This document shows positions 50,285 to 60,252 of a stretch of 64,000 nucleotides of DNA, one piece after another. Numbering within the stretch: position 1 is the first letter of the stretch; each line of letters starts with the position of its first letter. The position numbers and the translations under genes are program-made. The notes beneath the pieces were generated by a model. The model ran no database searches and was not told the DNA's origin. It saw nothing but the letters and a program-made list of their open reading frames with translations. The stretch comes from Fibrobacteria bacterium (GTDB lineage Bacteria > Fibrobacterota > Fibrobacteria > UBA11236 > JADFYW01): positions 160,001 to 224,000 of the forward strand of contig JBNKOC010000012.1 of assembly GCA_050294405.1 (NCBI GenBank). The letters run 5' to 3'.

Positions 50285-51955
50285 TTAATATTCCAATAAG
50301 CTGCTTCCCGGCTTTTGGGATTCGTAGCTGAGCTTAACCCAGGAAGCGGATTTACCCACACTTAAAACCTGAATTTCATCAAGGGAACCGTAAAAAGATC
50401 GTCCGGCTACACCTCGGTTATTGCCAATTTCCACAGCTTGTCCGGTATTGTTAAGGCTATCTGTATAAGATTCTGAAATAGCCAGCTGGCCATCAATGTA
50501 TATCTCTCTTGCTTGCCCGTTATAGCTGGCCACCACAAAATGCCAGGCACCATCATTAACATCAATAGGAGCGATGGCAGCTGAGGTTTCCATTTGGGAA
50601 TTAGTGGTGTTAAACTCCAGGCTGGATGATTCCGCGTTTCGCTGGAGTTTCCAGGAAAGGTCTCCCTTGGTGATAATGGCCTGGCTGGGGCTGGTAAAGT
50701 CAGAGATTTTTACCCAGGCGCAAAGGGTCATTTGAGTGGCAAAATCATAAATGGATTCCAATTGAGGGGCTACTTCGATATATTGGTTGAGACTGTCCGC
50801 AAAAAATTGGCCATAGCCAAGAACGCCCTCTTGGGGGCCGCGGTTTAAACTTTGTCCCTGTAAATCCTCATTCATGCGAATGCCCTGGCCATGGGCCCCA
50901 TTTAAGCTGGCATCCAAGTATCCATTGGCGTTCATATTAGGGCTTTCGCCTAAGTGCCAAACAGAGCTATAGCCTTCATTAATGTCAAAAACTTCAAAGG
51001 AGTTGGATTCACTGATTACATTATTCATACCCCAGAAAAGCTGAATGTTTTGATCACCCCGGTTGCCATATACGGTATCCATTTTAACCCATATAACCGC
51101 CCCAGAATTTACGGGGTCCCAATTGTCAAGCTCATATGCTAAAGGTGTGCCATCGGATTTGGCAAGACGAATATCTGCTCCATCGCTAGCTGCCTCGCTA
51201 AAATTAAAATTGTTGTTATTCAAAACAATTGGAATGGGAATGTCATATACATCTTCTGCAATGGCCGCTCCTTCAACTGTAGTATTGAATTTTATATTTT
51301 TCTTAAAACTCCAGTTCACATAAGTTTGCGCCCAGGTAGTATCTTCAGGTATGACTTGTTTGTTTACGGAAATACTGGTTTGATTTTCAAAGTTACCTGC
51401 GGGCATAAAAACCACTTCGGGAATTAATCCTGCTGGCAGACCAGATAAAATGACCTCTCCCTGGCTATTGGGTTGAGAACTTACGGGAAATTGATAACTG
51501 GTTCCAGGAATGTATAGTATTCCTTCGCCCTGGGAATTGATGTTGTTATCCACAGATAAAATTAAAGTTCCCGCTTTTTCCAGAGCTTTTTCCCGGACAG
51601 ATAAGGGGTTTCCTGCCACTTCCACTTCCTGAATCAAAAGCCTGGTGCTATCTGTCTCATTAAAGGCCTCAATATTGTAAAAGCCCGGTTCCACTTCAAA
51701 AAAAGTATAGCGACCATTTTCATCCGTTGTGGAATAATGGCTTTCCGGAATAGGGGGATCGGTTATGGGGTTATATTGTTTCGGAATAAGGGTTACTTTT
51801 GTTTGTGAAGAGGGTTGTCCGCTAAGAGCTAAAATTTGTCCGCCCACCTCCGTATCTGAGCCGCCGCCGGCCACTTTATCCCCTTCAAAACAGCCTGTTA
51901 ATAATAACAGACTGAATAAGCCCAGCAGCATATATAATTTATTTGCGGGCTTCAT
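50285..51955 (-). CDS. Lipoprotein with carboxypeptidase-regulatory-like, DUF2341 and LamG/concanavalin-like domains
   Basis: Lipobox LLTGC; FNFSEA..DGADIR, WVKMD, VWHL, W..VVASY..IYIDG, G.LDE, W.KLSYE.Q; ATG at 51955 overlaps the upstream stop. Confidence 0.8.
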   Translation of the reverse strand: MKPANKLYMLLGLFSLLLLTGCFEGDKVAGGGSDTEVGGQILALSGQPSSQTKVTLIPKQYNPITDPPIPESHYSTTDENGRYTFFEVEPGFYNIEAFNETDSTRLLIQEVEVAGNPLSVREKALEKAGTLILSVDNNINSQGEGILYIPGTSYQFPVSSQPNSQGEVILSGLPAGLIPEVVFMPAGNFENQTSISVNKQVIPEDTTWAQTYVNWSFKKNIKFNTTVEGAAIAEDVYDIPIPIVLNNNNFNFSEAASDGADIRLAKSDGTPLAYELDNWDPVNSGAVIWVKMDTVYGNRGDQNIQLFWGMNNVISESNSFEVFDINEGYSSVWHLGESPNMNANGYLDASLNGAHGQGIRMNEDLQGQSLNRGPQEGVLGYGQFFADSLNQYIEVAPQLESIYDFATQMTLCAWVKISDFTSPSQAIITKGDLSWKLQRNAESSSLEFNTTNSQMETSAAIAPIDVNDGAWHFVVASYNGQAREIYIDGQLAISESYTDSLNNTGQAVEIGNNRGVAGRSFYGSLDEIQVLSVGKSASWVKLSYESQKPGSSLLEY

Positions 51956-52787
51956 CGTTTGAATCCTTTTTGTCTGACAAGGGAAATAGATTGAATGTGA
52001 ATTGAAATACCTGGTCTGGGTTTTCATCCAGGCGGGCAATTTCCAAAAGTTCTTTTCTAAACTCGCGGGTTTTTAAAATAAATAATTCAAAGGTTTTTCT
52101 GGAAATGCTGAAAGTGGTGCTGGCGCTCATTCTCTCTCTCCGGACCACATTAGTATAGGAGCCCAAAGCGAGATTTAACATTTCCTTTTGCAGGTTTTCG
52201 ATAATAAAGGCTTTTTCCGCTTCGGCTTTTACACTGATTAAATTTTCGGTTTGGTGATACAAGCCTTCTTCATCACGTTCGATAAACCCCAGTTTTTCTA
52301 AGAGCAATAGTGAGTCTTTAGCTTCTTTGGCAGTGATTTTAGGTCTTAAAAATTCGCCAAGCTTTTTAAAGTTGTTTTTAAAATCGTAAAAGGTGATTAT
52401 TTCCCGGATTACGGAATGATACCATTTGCTGTAATATTCAAACCGGTCTTTTCCCACAGTATGTATATCAATGGGGTTGCGCACTTCCACAATTTTGCTG
52501 TAGTATAGTGTTTTTTCAGCAATGGTTTTGGCCTGGTTGAAAAACACCAGGTTTTCAAAATACTCTGCCTCGTTGCGGGTAAACTCAATGGCATTGCATA
52601 TTTTAAGAATGCTTTTTTTGGTGAGATTCCTTTTGTTTTCTATGACGTAAAACAAAAAGGCGCTGGCGTTTATCCCTGCTTTTTGAGAAAAATAACGGTA
52701 AGAAAAATATTTTTTGTTTTTTTTCTCATTGTTGTAATAATCCCTCAGGAACTCTCTGTAATTTTGATATTCAAAAATATTAACCAT
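51939..52787 (-). CDS. TIGR02147 (Fibrobacter paralogous family)-type HTH protein
   Basis: IFEY.NYREFL.DYY, FSYR.FS.KAG, YF..LV.FNQA, YY..WY...IRE, N.FPLS; ATG at 52787. Confidence 0.85.
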   Translation of the reverse strand: MVNIFEYQNYREFLRDYYNNEKKNKKYFSYRYFSQKAGINASAFLFYVIENKRNLTKKSILKICNAIEFTRNEAEYFENLVFFNQAKTIAEKTLYYSKIVEVRNPIDIHTVGKDRFEYYSKWYHSVIREIITFYDFKNNFKKLGEFLRPKITAKEAKDSLLLLEKLGFIERDEEGLYHQTENLISVKAEAEKAFIIENLQKEMLNLALGSYTNVVRRERMSASTTFSISRKTFELFILKTREFRKELLEIARLDENPDQVFQFTFNLFPLSDKKDSNDEARK

Positions 52788-53026
52788 GGGATTTATTGCT
52801 AAATTTGTGAACGTAATATAACTAAAAAAGTTAAATTTGGCTGGTATTGAAAAATATGGGTTTAAAATTGTGAACATTTGAGGCGGTTTTTAGCTTTTTT
52901 AGCTAAGCTTATCTTTGTATGGGAAACTCTGGGGCAGTAAAAAAAGAAAAGCTTTTTGTTAAAACTTGCACAAATATCATATTTTGATAAGAATCAATGG
53001 AGACATCTCTGGAAGGGAGCTGAATT

Positions 53027-54412
53027 TTGAATAAATCTACCGCTGAAAAAATCATTTCTCTGGGAAAAGAGAAAATGGCTGATTTTGTAGAAATCTTTGA
53101 AGAAGAAACCCGCAACGCCTCCGTGGTTTACAAGGATAAAAAAGTGGAATCAGCCACCGCGGGCACGGATTACGGAATCGGTATTCGCCTTATTTACGGG
53201 ACCAATGTGGTATACGGGTTTACCAGCAATGAGGAAGAAGAACACTTGCTTCAATTAGTTAGGAATCTTTCCCAATTGTCCGGGGTTCAGGCATCAGGAC
53301 AAAACCTAGATCCAATTAGCTTGCAGTTTCAGGAAGCCTCCAACAGCCACAAAATTAGTTTGAATCCAAGAGAGGTAGGTCAGGATAAAAAACTCCCTTT
53401 TTTAAAAATGGCAGATAAAGCAGCCAGAGAATACTCTTCCAAGGTGCACCAGGTTGCTATTACCGCCGCTGATATTAGCAGCCATGTTAACATCATTAAC
53501 AGTGAAGGGCTTTTTTTAAGCGACAATCGTATTCGGACTCGTTTTAGCATTAACGTGTCTGCTGCTCAAAATGGAGATATCTTTGTAGCCCGGGAAGCTC
53601 CAGGCGCCATGATGGGCTTTGAATTTGTGGAAAATCTGGATATCGAACAATATGCCAGGCAAGCTGCGGGAAGAGCTGTTTTAATGTTAGATGCCAAATA
53701 CATTGAAGGCAAAAAAATGCCTGTGGTTATGGGAAATGGATTTGGAGGGGTTATTTTTCATGAAGCATGCGGCCATCCCTTGGAAACGGAATCTATTCGT
53801 CGCAAAGCTTCTCCTTTTGCCGGAAAAATGGGCGAGCAAATTGCCCATAATAAAGTCACAGCGGTGGATGATGGAACCATACCCAACAAATGGGGATCTT
53901 TAAACGTGGATGATGAAGGCAACCCCACTCAAAAAACTGTGCTTATCGAAAAAGGAATTTTAAAAAATTATATGTCCGATAGGGTGGGCGCAAAAGAATT
54001 AGGCGTGCCTATTACCGGAAGCAGCCGGAGAGAAAGTTATAAATACGCCCCGGTGAGCCGCATGAGAAACACCTACATCGACAAAGGGGAAGATAAATTC
54101 GAAGATATGATTGGCAGTGTGGAATCGGGTTTGTACGCCAAGAAAATGGGTGGCGGTTCTGTAAACCCTGCCACCGGCGAGTTTAATTTCGCCGTGGAAG
54201 AAGGTTATATCATTAAAAATGGAAAAGTGGTTGAGCCGGTTCGGGGAGCGGCTCTTATTGGCAAAGGCCATGAAATTTTGCCACAAATTTCCATGGTTGG
54301 GGATGATTTGGAATTGGCTGCAGGTATGTGCGGGGCAAGTTCGGGCATGGTTCCCACCACCGTGGGCCAGCCCAGTTTAAAAGTGGACAATATTCTTGTG
54401 GGAGGGCGTTAA
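53027..54412 (+). CDS. tldD: TldD metalloprotease
   Basis: HEACGHPLE zinc motif, DDEG, RM.NTY, GGSV.P.TG.F.F, CG..SG.VP..VGQP. Confidence 0.93.
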   Translation: MNKSTAEKIISLGKEKMADFVEIFEEETRNASVVYKDKKVESATAGTDYGIGIRLIYGTNVVYGFTSNEEEEHLLQLVRNLSQLSGVQASGQNLDPISLQFQEASNSHKISLNPREVGQDKKLPFLKMADKAAREYSSKVHQVAITAADISSHVNIINSEGLFLSDNRIRTRFSINVSAAQNGDIFVAREAPGAMMGFEFVENLDIEQYARQAAGRAVLMLDAKYIEGKKMPVVMGNGFGGVIFHEACGHPLETESIRRKASPFAGKMGEQIAHNKVTAVDDGTIPNKWGSLNVDDEGNPTQKTVLIEKGILKNYMSDRVGAKELGVPITGSSRRESYKYAPVSRMRNTYIDKGEDKFEDMIGSVESGLYAKKMGGGSVNPATGEFNFAVEEGYIIKNGKVVEPVRGAALIGKGHEILPQISMVGDDLELAAGMCGASSGMVPTTVGQPSLKVDNILVGGR

Positions 54413-55746
54413 TGGAAACATCCAAAGCCCTTGATTACATTTGTTCCGAGGCGAAAAAACAAGGGGCAGATTCTTTTGATGTTATTGCTGGAGAATCGGA
54501 AAGTTCCGGTTTGGATCTTTATGAAGGCAAAGTGAAAAATTCGGAAATATCCAGCTCCAGGGGCATAGGTATTCGTTTGTTTGTGGACAATCGCCCCGGT
54601 TTTGCTTTTACCGAAAAATATTCCACAGAAGCATTGAGCCAAACAGTAAGCGATGCCATAGCCCATGCCAAACTCACAGACCCCGTTGAACTGGATATGC
54701 CCGAGCCAGCTGACATCGAAGAAAAAGATTTGAAACTTTGGAATCAAAGCGCCGAGTCTGTGGAGTTAAGCCAGCTTAAGGATTTGTGTCTGGAAATGGA
54801 ATCGCTGGCCCAACAAAAAGATAAGCGCGTAGAAAACATACCCTATTTAGGAGCAGGAAAATCTTCAGGTCGGACTGAAATCCGAAATTCCAATGGGGTG
54901 TCCTGTAGCGCCCGTGGCAATTCCCTATATGCGGGTATCGGGGTTTTGGCCCATCAAAACGGCCACAAAAAAATGGGATATTATTCCAACTCGTCGCGGG
55001 ATTTTAATTTTTTCAAATCCGACTACATGGCTAATTTAGCCGTAGAGCGTGCGGTAGAAATGCTGGGGGCCAAATCCATTCCAAGTGGAAAATACCCAGT
55101 GGTGTTATCCAAGCGCATTACCCCTCAGTTAATAGGCATGTATAGAGCCCCTTTTTACGGGGAAGCGGTGCAAAAAGGCCAGTCTCGCTTAAAGGGGAAA
55201 ATTGGGGAAAGCATTGCCGTTAAGGATTTTAGCATTTTATGCGACCCCCATGTGGAAGGTTTTCCAGGTTCCCGTTTATTTGACGGCGAAGGAATTCCCA
55301 GCCAAAAAATATCCGTAGTAGAAAATGGAGTGCTAAACGCCTTTTTATATAACCTGGAGTCCGCCAAAAAAGAAGGGGTGGCTCCCAGTGGACACGCTGT
55401 GCGAAGTTATAGTGGCGATGTGGGCACGGGTTTTAGCAACTTGTTTGTGCCTAAGGGAAAGCATAGTCTTAGTGAATTGTTGTCTGCCCACCCTAAATGT
55501 TTATATGTGACTCAGTTGGAAGGGGGTTCAGGTTGTTCTCCTATTTCCGGAGAAATATCCATTGGCGCTCAGGGATTCTGGGTGGAAAACGGCCAAAAGG
55601 TTCACCCGGTGGAGGGAGTAACCATTAGTTCCAATTATTTTGACTTGATTCAAAATATTGAAATGTTCGGTAATGAATATTCCGATATCTTATCTTCCAC
55701 TAAAGTTCCTGATATGCTCATTAAGTTCATGTATGTAGCCGGATAG
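54412..55746 (+). CDS. pmbA: PmbA/TldE non-catalytic partner of TldD
   Basis: TAATG coupling to tldD; FDGEG, VVENGVL, SG.IS.GA.GFW; no HExxH. Confidence 0.88.
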   Translation: METSKALDYICSEAKKQGADSFDVIAGESESSGLDLYEGKVKNSEISSSRGIGIRLFVDNRPGFAFTEKYSTEALSQTVSDAIAHAKLTDPVELDMPEPADIEEKDLKLWNQSAESVELSQLKDLCLEMESLAQQKDKRVENIPYLGAGKSSGRTEIRNSNGVSCSARGNSLYAGIGVLAHQNGHKKMGYYSNSSRDFNFFKSDYMANLAVERAVEMLGAKSIPSGKYPVVLSKRITPQLIGMYRAPFYGEAVQKGQSRLKGKIGESIAVKDFSILCDPHVEGFPGSRLFDGEGIPSQKISVVENGVLNAFLYNLESAKKEGVAPSGHAVRSYSGDVGTGFSNLFVPKGKHSLSELLSAHPKCLYVTQLEGGSGCSPISGEISIGAQGFWVENGQKVHPVEGVTISSNYFDLIQNIEMFGNEYSDILSSTKVPDMLIKFMYVAG

Positions 55747-55764
55747 TAGGGCCAGCAAAATTTC

Positions 55765-56709
55765 ATGACCTTTGCGGTAAAATTATCCCACTGTTCGTTT
55801 AAATACCCAAGCTCGCCCAGGCCCGTATTTGAAGGGCTTTCCCTGGAAATTCCCGAAGGAGAATCCTGGGGAATATTAGGCCCAAACGGTTCGGGAAAAA
55901 CCAGCCTTATCCGTTTAATATTGGGGTTAATACCGCCATTAAAGGGACAATGTTATTTATATGGAAATATCCCACAGAGAAAAAATTTATCGGAGGTGGG
56001 CGTTTTGGTGGAAAACCCCGGCGTTTATAAAAAATTAAACCCCCTCCAATACCTCCAATATTTTGCCAAGATATATAGGATAGAAAACATAACCTCCAGA
56101 TTGGAAAACCTAGCCCAAAAATTAAATCTGGATTTGCGCTCTCAAACCATGGGGAAAATGTCCTTGGGGCAAAAACAAAAAGTGCAGCTTATTCGATGTT
56201 TGTTGCATAGGCCTAAGCTTTTAATTTTAGATGAGCCTTTTAGCCATTTGGATCCCGAATCTCAAAAATTGTTAATGGACTTGATTCGCCAATATCTTTC
56301 AGAAGAAAAGGCCAGTTTGTTGCTGGCCACCCACCAACTCAACCTAGCCGAAAGCCTGATTTCACATGTGGCTTTTTTACACAGGGGCCAAATCCCCTTT
56401 TCTGGGTCGTTGGAAACACTAAAAGCCAAGTCAAATTTAGAGCAAAAGTTAAGGGTGAAGTTAAGCTCAGCTCTTCTGCCTGATATGGCCCGTTTGGAGA
56501 AACAGTTTTCTTTGGGAAAAACGGAAGAGGTTTCTTCTATTTCACAAAACGAAAAAATTTATGTATTCAGAGGGGCACAATTAAAAAGCCAAACTCCCCG
56601 GATAATAAAACAGTTGGTGGAGGAAGGATGCCATTTATACGAGGCTAAAACACTGGTTCCCGATTTGTATAGCTTATATCAATCACAATTACATGGGGAA
56701 AAATTTTAA
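55765..56709 (+). CDS. ABC-2 type transporter ATP-binding protein
   Basis: GPNGSGKT, MSLGQ, LILDEP, ATH. Confidence 0.93.
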   Translation: MTFAVKLSHCSFKYPSSPRPVFEGLSLEIPEGESWGILGPNGSGKTSLIRLILGLIPPLKGQCYLYGNIPQRKNLSEVGVLVENPGVYKKLNPLQYLQYFAKIYRIENITSRLENLAQKLNLDLRSQTMGKMSLGQKQKVQLIRCLLHRPKLLILDEPFSHLDPESQKLLMDLIRQYLSEEKASLLLATHQLNLAESLISHVAFLHRGQIPFSGSLETLKAKSNLEQKLRVKLSSALLPDMARLEKQFSLGKTEEVSSISQNEKIYVFRGAQLKSQTPRIIKQLVEEGCHLYEAKTLVPDLYSLYQSQLHGEKF

Positions 56710-57398
56710 TGGCCGCAAAGTCAAGAGTTTTTACGGTGATGGCTCATGAAATTAAAATGGCATTAAAAGATCCCTTGTTTTTTATTCCCTATGTGCTGAT
56801 TCCGGCTATTACCATGGCGGGATTTTGGATGTATGTAAAAAATGGACCGATTCCCGCAGAGGAAATATACGCTTCCTATAAAATCATGATGTTAATTATT
56901 GGCACTCTGGCCTCCACCTTGTCCCTGGTGCTATGCGCCGACAGTTTTGCCGGGGAAAAAGAGCGCAATTCATTGGAAATACTTCTGTGCACCCCCCTGG
57001 GCTTAGGAGAACTTTTTTTGGGAAAACTTTTGGGTATTTTGCCTCTTCCCATTATAATTGGCTGGCTGACTCAACTTATTTTGACTTTGTTATGTTATCC
57101 TTTTTTACCGGAGCAAATGGATGTGAATTCGCTTTTTATCGCATTTTGCACCACGCCCCTATCTGCCGTTTTTTTATGTTCCCTATCCCTGTTTTTTTCG
57201 CTGCGCACCCAAACAGCCCGCAGCGCCGCCCAATTTTCTGGTCTTATGGCCATTATTTACCTTATTATTTTACAGGGCGCAGGTTTTTGGCTATATAGCT
57301 CCAAAGCTTTTTTATGCTGGTGGTGTATCGTACTTTTGACCTTGTCCCTTCTTGCATATGGATTCAGTTGGCGTAAATTTGAAAAAGTACTGTATTAA
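56709..57398 (+). CDS. ABC-2 type transporter permease
   Basis: DSFAGEKER.SLE.LL.TP...ELF.GK; about six TM helices. Confidence 0.9.
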   Translation: MAAKSRVFTVMAHEIKMALKDPLFFIPYVLIPAITMAGFWMYVKNGPIPAEEIYASYKIMMLIIGTLASTLSLVLCADSFAGEKERNSLEILLCTPLGLGELFLGKLLGILPLPIIIGWLTQLILTLLCYPFLPEQMDVNSLFIAFCTTPLSAVFLCSLSLFFSLRTQTARSAAQFSGLMAIIYLIILQGAGFWLYSSKAFLCWWCIVLLTLSLLAYGFSWRKFEKVLY

Positions 57399-57990
57399 AT
57401 TTTACAGGCAACCCAAAATAGGGCTATTAGTTATTGGGTTGTTTATGTTTGCGGCCTGCGGCAAAAAGAAGCAGGAGGAATTTCCCAAAATCCAAAAAAA
57501 GGAATTCCCGGCTATCGAAATGCGGGATTCAGTGGTTATTGACATGTATGAAGGTTCCCGAATTTCCTGGGTTTTAAAAACCGATTACATGAAAAAGGCC
57601 ATGAACAACAACATTCTTTTGGCCAAACCCATTAATATGGTACTTTTTGACAGCAGCGGTGGAGAAGCCGCCTGGATAACGGCTGACTCGGGAGCTGCCG
57701 ATGAGGACATGAGTTTTGTAAATATCTGGGGCCATGTTTATGCTAAGGCCCGGGATGGGGCCTCGGTTAAAACCGACAGTTTGGTGTGGGAAAAAAAGAC
57801 CAGCCAAATTACTACAGATGGAAAAGTTAAGGTGGTTTCCGAAGAAGGAGACACTTTAACGGGAATTGGATTTATATCCGATGACAAGTTGGAAAACTGG
57901 AAAATTCTGGCTAATGTGCGCACCGTAATTCCCAAATTAGAAGAGCGCATCGACAAGCAGGACGAAGAAGCTATAAAGGAAAAGGAATAA
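57379..57990 (+). CDS. lptC: LPS export protein LptC
   Basis: Lipobox FAAC; ITADSG, KTDSLVW, I.TD..V, G.GF.SD; lies before lptA and lptB; start uncertain. Confidence 0.78.
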   Translation: MKKYCIKFYRQPKIGLLVIGLFMFAACGKKKQEEFPKIQKKEFPAIEMRDSVVIDMYEGSRISWVLKTDYMKKAMNNNILLAKPINMVLFDSSGGEAAWITADSGAADEDMSFVNIWGHVYAKARDGASVKTDSLVWEKKTSQITTDGKVKVVSEEGDTLTGIGFISDDKLENWKILANVRTVIPKLEERIDKQDEEAIKEKE

Positions 57991-59393
57991 TGCGCTTAGC
58001 TTCTTTTCTTATTATGGCAGTGGCGTTTTTTTTCTGGAACTGTCCCAGACCCGCTATGAAACCTTCCGTAGCGGAGGACGCTGGAAAAATAGGGAAGGGG
58101 GGTACCCTATCTGAAAACGGGGATTCCAGTCAGACAAAAGTGAACGAGTCTTTAGATTCTTTGGGAAAGATAAAAACAGGAGACAGCGTTAATTTGGCAT
58201 CAGGCGATACCCCGCCTAAAAAAATCGATGGCAAGCAAATGGATAGTTTGATTATCGATAACTTTGAAAAGAAAAACAAAGCCTCCGATACATTGGAAAT
58301 AAAAGCCGAAAAAAGGTACGACCCCGCCCCTCTTATCTGCGAGGCCAATCCGGGAACTATGGGGGGCTCTGGCAAACGGGGGGTGTATGAATTAAGCGGT
58401 GATGTTATTTGCTGGTACAAGGATTTGGTCTTTAAAACCAGCCGGGCTATTTGGGACAGGAATTCCAACCGGGTAAATTGCGAAGGGGGAATGGAAGTGG
58501 AGGCCAATGGCTTAATACTCACTTCCGAGCGGGGAGGGTATAACAAAGGCGAATCCCAAATATGGGCAAGGCAAAACGCCCAGGTGGTAGATACATCGGG
58601 GGAATATTCATTTTCGGCAGACTATATTAACTATGACATTGAAAAACATTTGCTCAATTTGAATCGCAAAGCTGTGCTTCGAAAATTTTTTCCGGATGAA
58701 AAAGACAAAAAAAACAAGCAGGGTAAAAACAAAAAAGCCAAAATGGACACCTTAAAAATCGAAGCCAATAAAATTGAATACAACGATTCGCTAAAATGGG
58801 CTATTGCTGAGAGGCGTGTGAAAATTACCCGGGGCCATTTGCTGGTGACCTGCGATTCGGCGCATTTCCAGGAAGATTCTGAGGTTATAGATTTTAGAAA
58901 AAATCCCAAAGCCAACTTCAAACACAACCAGATGTATGGGGATTCCATGAGTTTAAAACTCAAAGGGGAGGAGTTGGAAAGCATGTCTTTTGTGGGAAAC
59001 GCCAAGGGGGACTTTTACGAAAAAGAAGACAGCCTTAAGGGCAGTGAAGAATACCATTTGGTGGGCGACTCAATGTTTATGAAAACTGAAAAAGAGTCCC
59101 TGGAGTTTTTAGAAGTGGTCCAAAACGCCAAAGCTAATTTTATTGAGAAAAAATTTCCCGATAAAGTAAACGAAATGGAAGGCCGCTACCTCAAACTATC
59201 CTTCGACAAGGATAAATTGGACAGTGCTTTTATTTTCGGGGCGGCAAAAACACTGTATTACATTTACGAAAAGGATGTGTATAAGGGGAAAAATGTGGCC
59301 GATGGAGATAGCATTCGCCTTGGTTTTGATAAGGGAAAAGTGAGCGATATTTTTATTTCCGGCCGGGCCCGGGGCTCCTTTTTCGGAGAGTAG
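57990..59393 (+). CDS. Extended OstA/LptA-like beta-jellyroll protein
   Basis: Repeated GDS(M/I) / G.A beta-jellyroll patterns; lies between lptC and lptB; signal peptide. Confidence 0.72.
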   Translation: MRLASFLIMAVAFFFWNCPRPAMKPSVAEDAGKIGKGGTLSENGDSSQTKVNESLDSLGKIKTGDSVNLASGDTPPKKIDGKQMDSLIIDNFEKKNKASDTLEIKAEKRYDPAPLICEANPGTMGGSGKRGVYELSGDVICWYKDLVFKTSRAIWDRNSNRVNCEGGMEVEANGLILTSERGGYNKGESQIWARQNAQVVDTSGEYSFSADYINYDIEKHLLNLNRKAVLRKFFPDEKDKKNKQGKNKKAKMDTLKIEANKIEYNDSLKWAIAERRVKITRGHLLVTCDSAHFQEDSEVIDFRKNPKANFKHNQMYGDSMSLKLKGEELESMSFVGNAKGDFYEKEDSLKGSEEYHLVGDSMFMKTEKESLEFLEVVQNAKANFIEKKFPDKVNEMEGRYLKLSFDKDKLDSAFIFGAAKTLYYIYEKDVYKGKNVADGDSIRLGFDKGKVSDIFISGRARGSFFGE

Positions 59394-59487
59394 GATATTT
59401 ATTGGGATTTCTGGGCTATGGGTTTTGGGATTGCCAGGGCAATAACTATTATGGTAATTCTTAAAAAGAAATGGGTGTTAGCCGTTA

Positions 59488-60228
59488 ATGTCAGAAACTG
59501 AAATCAAACTGGAAGCCAAGGACTTGGTAAAAATTTACCGGGGCCGGCGCGTGGTGGATGGAGTTAGTTTCCACATTAAAAAAGGGGAAATCGTGGGGCT
59601 GTTGGGGCCCAATGGCGCAGGCAAAACCACCAGTTTTAATATGATAGTGGGCATGATAAAACCCTATAAGGGAGCCGTGCTTTTAAACAACAATCCCATT
59701 ACTAAAATGGCTATGCATAAGCGGGCCCGCATGGGCATTGGCTATTTACCCCAGGAGCCTTCCATTTTCAGGAAGATGACTGTGGAAAAAAATATAATGG
59801 CCATTTTGGAAACCCGTTCTATGAGTGGGGAGCAGCGCAGAAGTCGCATGGAAAATTTATTGGAAGAGTTTAAAATCACCCATTTACGCAAAAATAAGGC
59901 GTTTTCTTTGAGTGGGGGGGAACGCCGCCGGCTTGAAATAGCCCGGGCTATGACAATAGATCCACATTTTTTATTATTAGACGAGCCTTTTGCGGGAATC
60001 GACCCAATTGCGGTAGAGGAAATTCAATCCATGATAGCCGTTTTAAAATCAAAAGGCGTGGGTATATTAATAACGGATCACAATGTAAGGGAAACGCTTT
60101 CCATTACAGATAGGTCTTACATAATGTTTCAAGGTAAAGTGTTAGTAGAAGGGACGGCAGAGCATTTGGTAAAGGACCCCGAGGCCCGGGAAAAATATCT
60201 GGGCAAATCCTTTTCTCTTAATAAATAA
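59488..60228 (+). CDS. lptB: LPS export ABC ATPase LptB
   Basis: GLLGPNGAGKTT, GYLPQE.SIFR, LSGGERRR.EIAR, DEPFAG.DP, ITDHNVRETL. Confidence 0.97.
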   Translation: MSETEIKLEAKDLVKIYRGRRVVDGVSFHIKKGEIVGLLGPNGAGKTTSFNMIVGMIKPYKGAVLLNNNPITKMAMHKRARMGIGYLPQEPSIFRKMTVEKNIMAILETRSMSGEQRRSRMENLLEEFKITHLRKNKAFSLSGGERRRLEIARAMTIDPHFLLLDEPFAGIDPIAVEEIQSMIAVLKSKGVGILITDHNVRETLSITDRSYIMFQGKVLVEGTAEHLVKDPEAREKYLGKSFSLNK

Positions 60229-60252
60229 AAAAATGTTTTTGCCAGAGGATAC

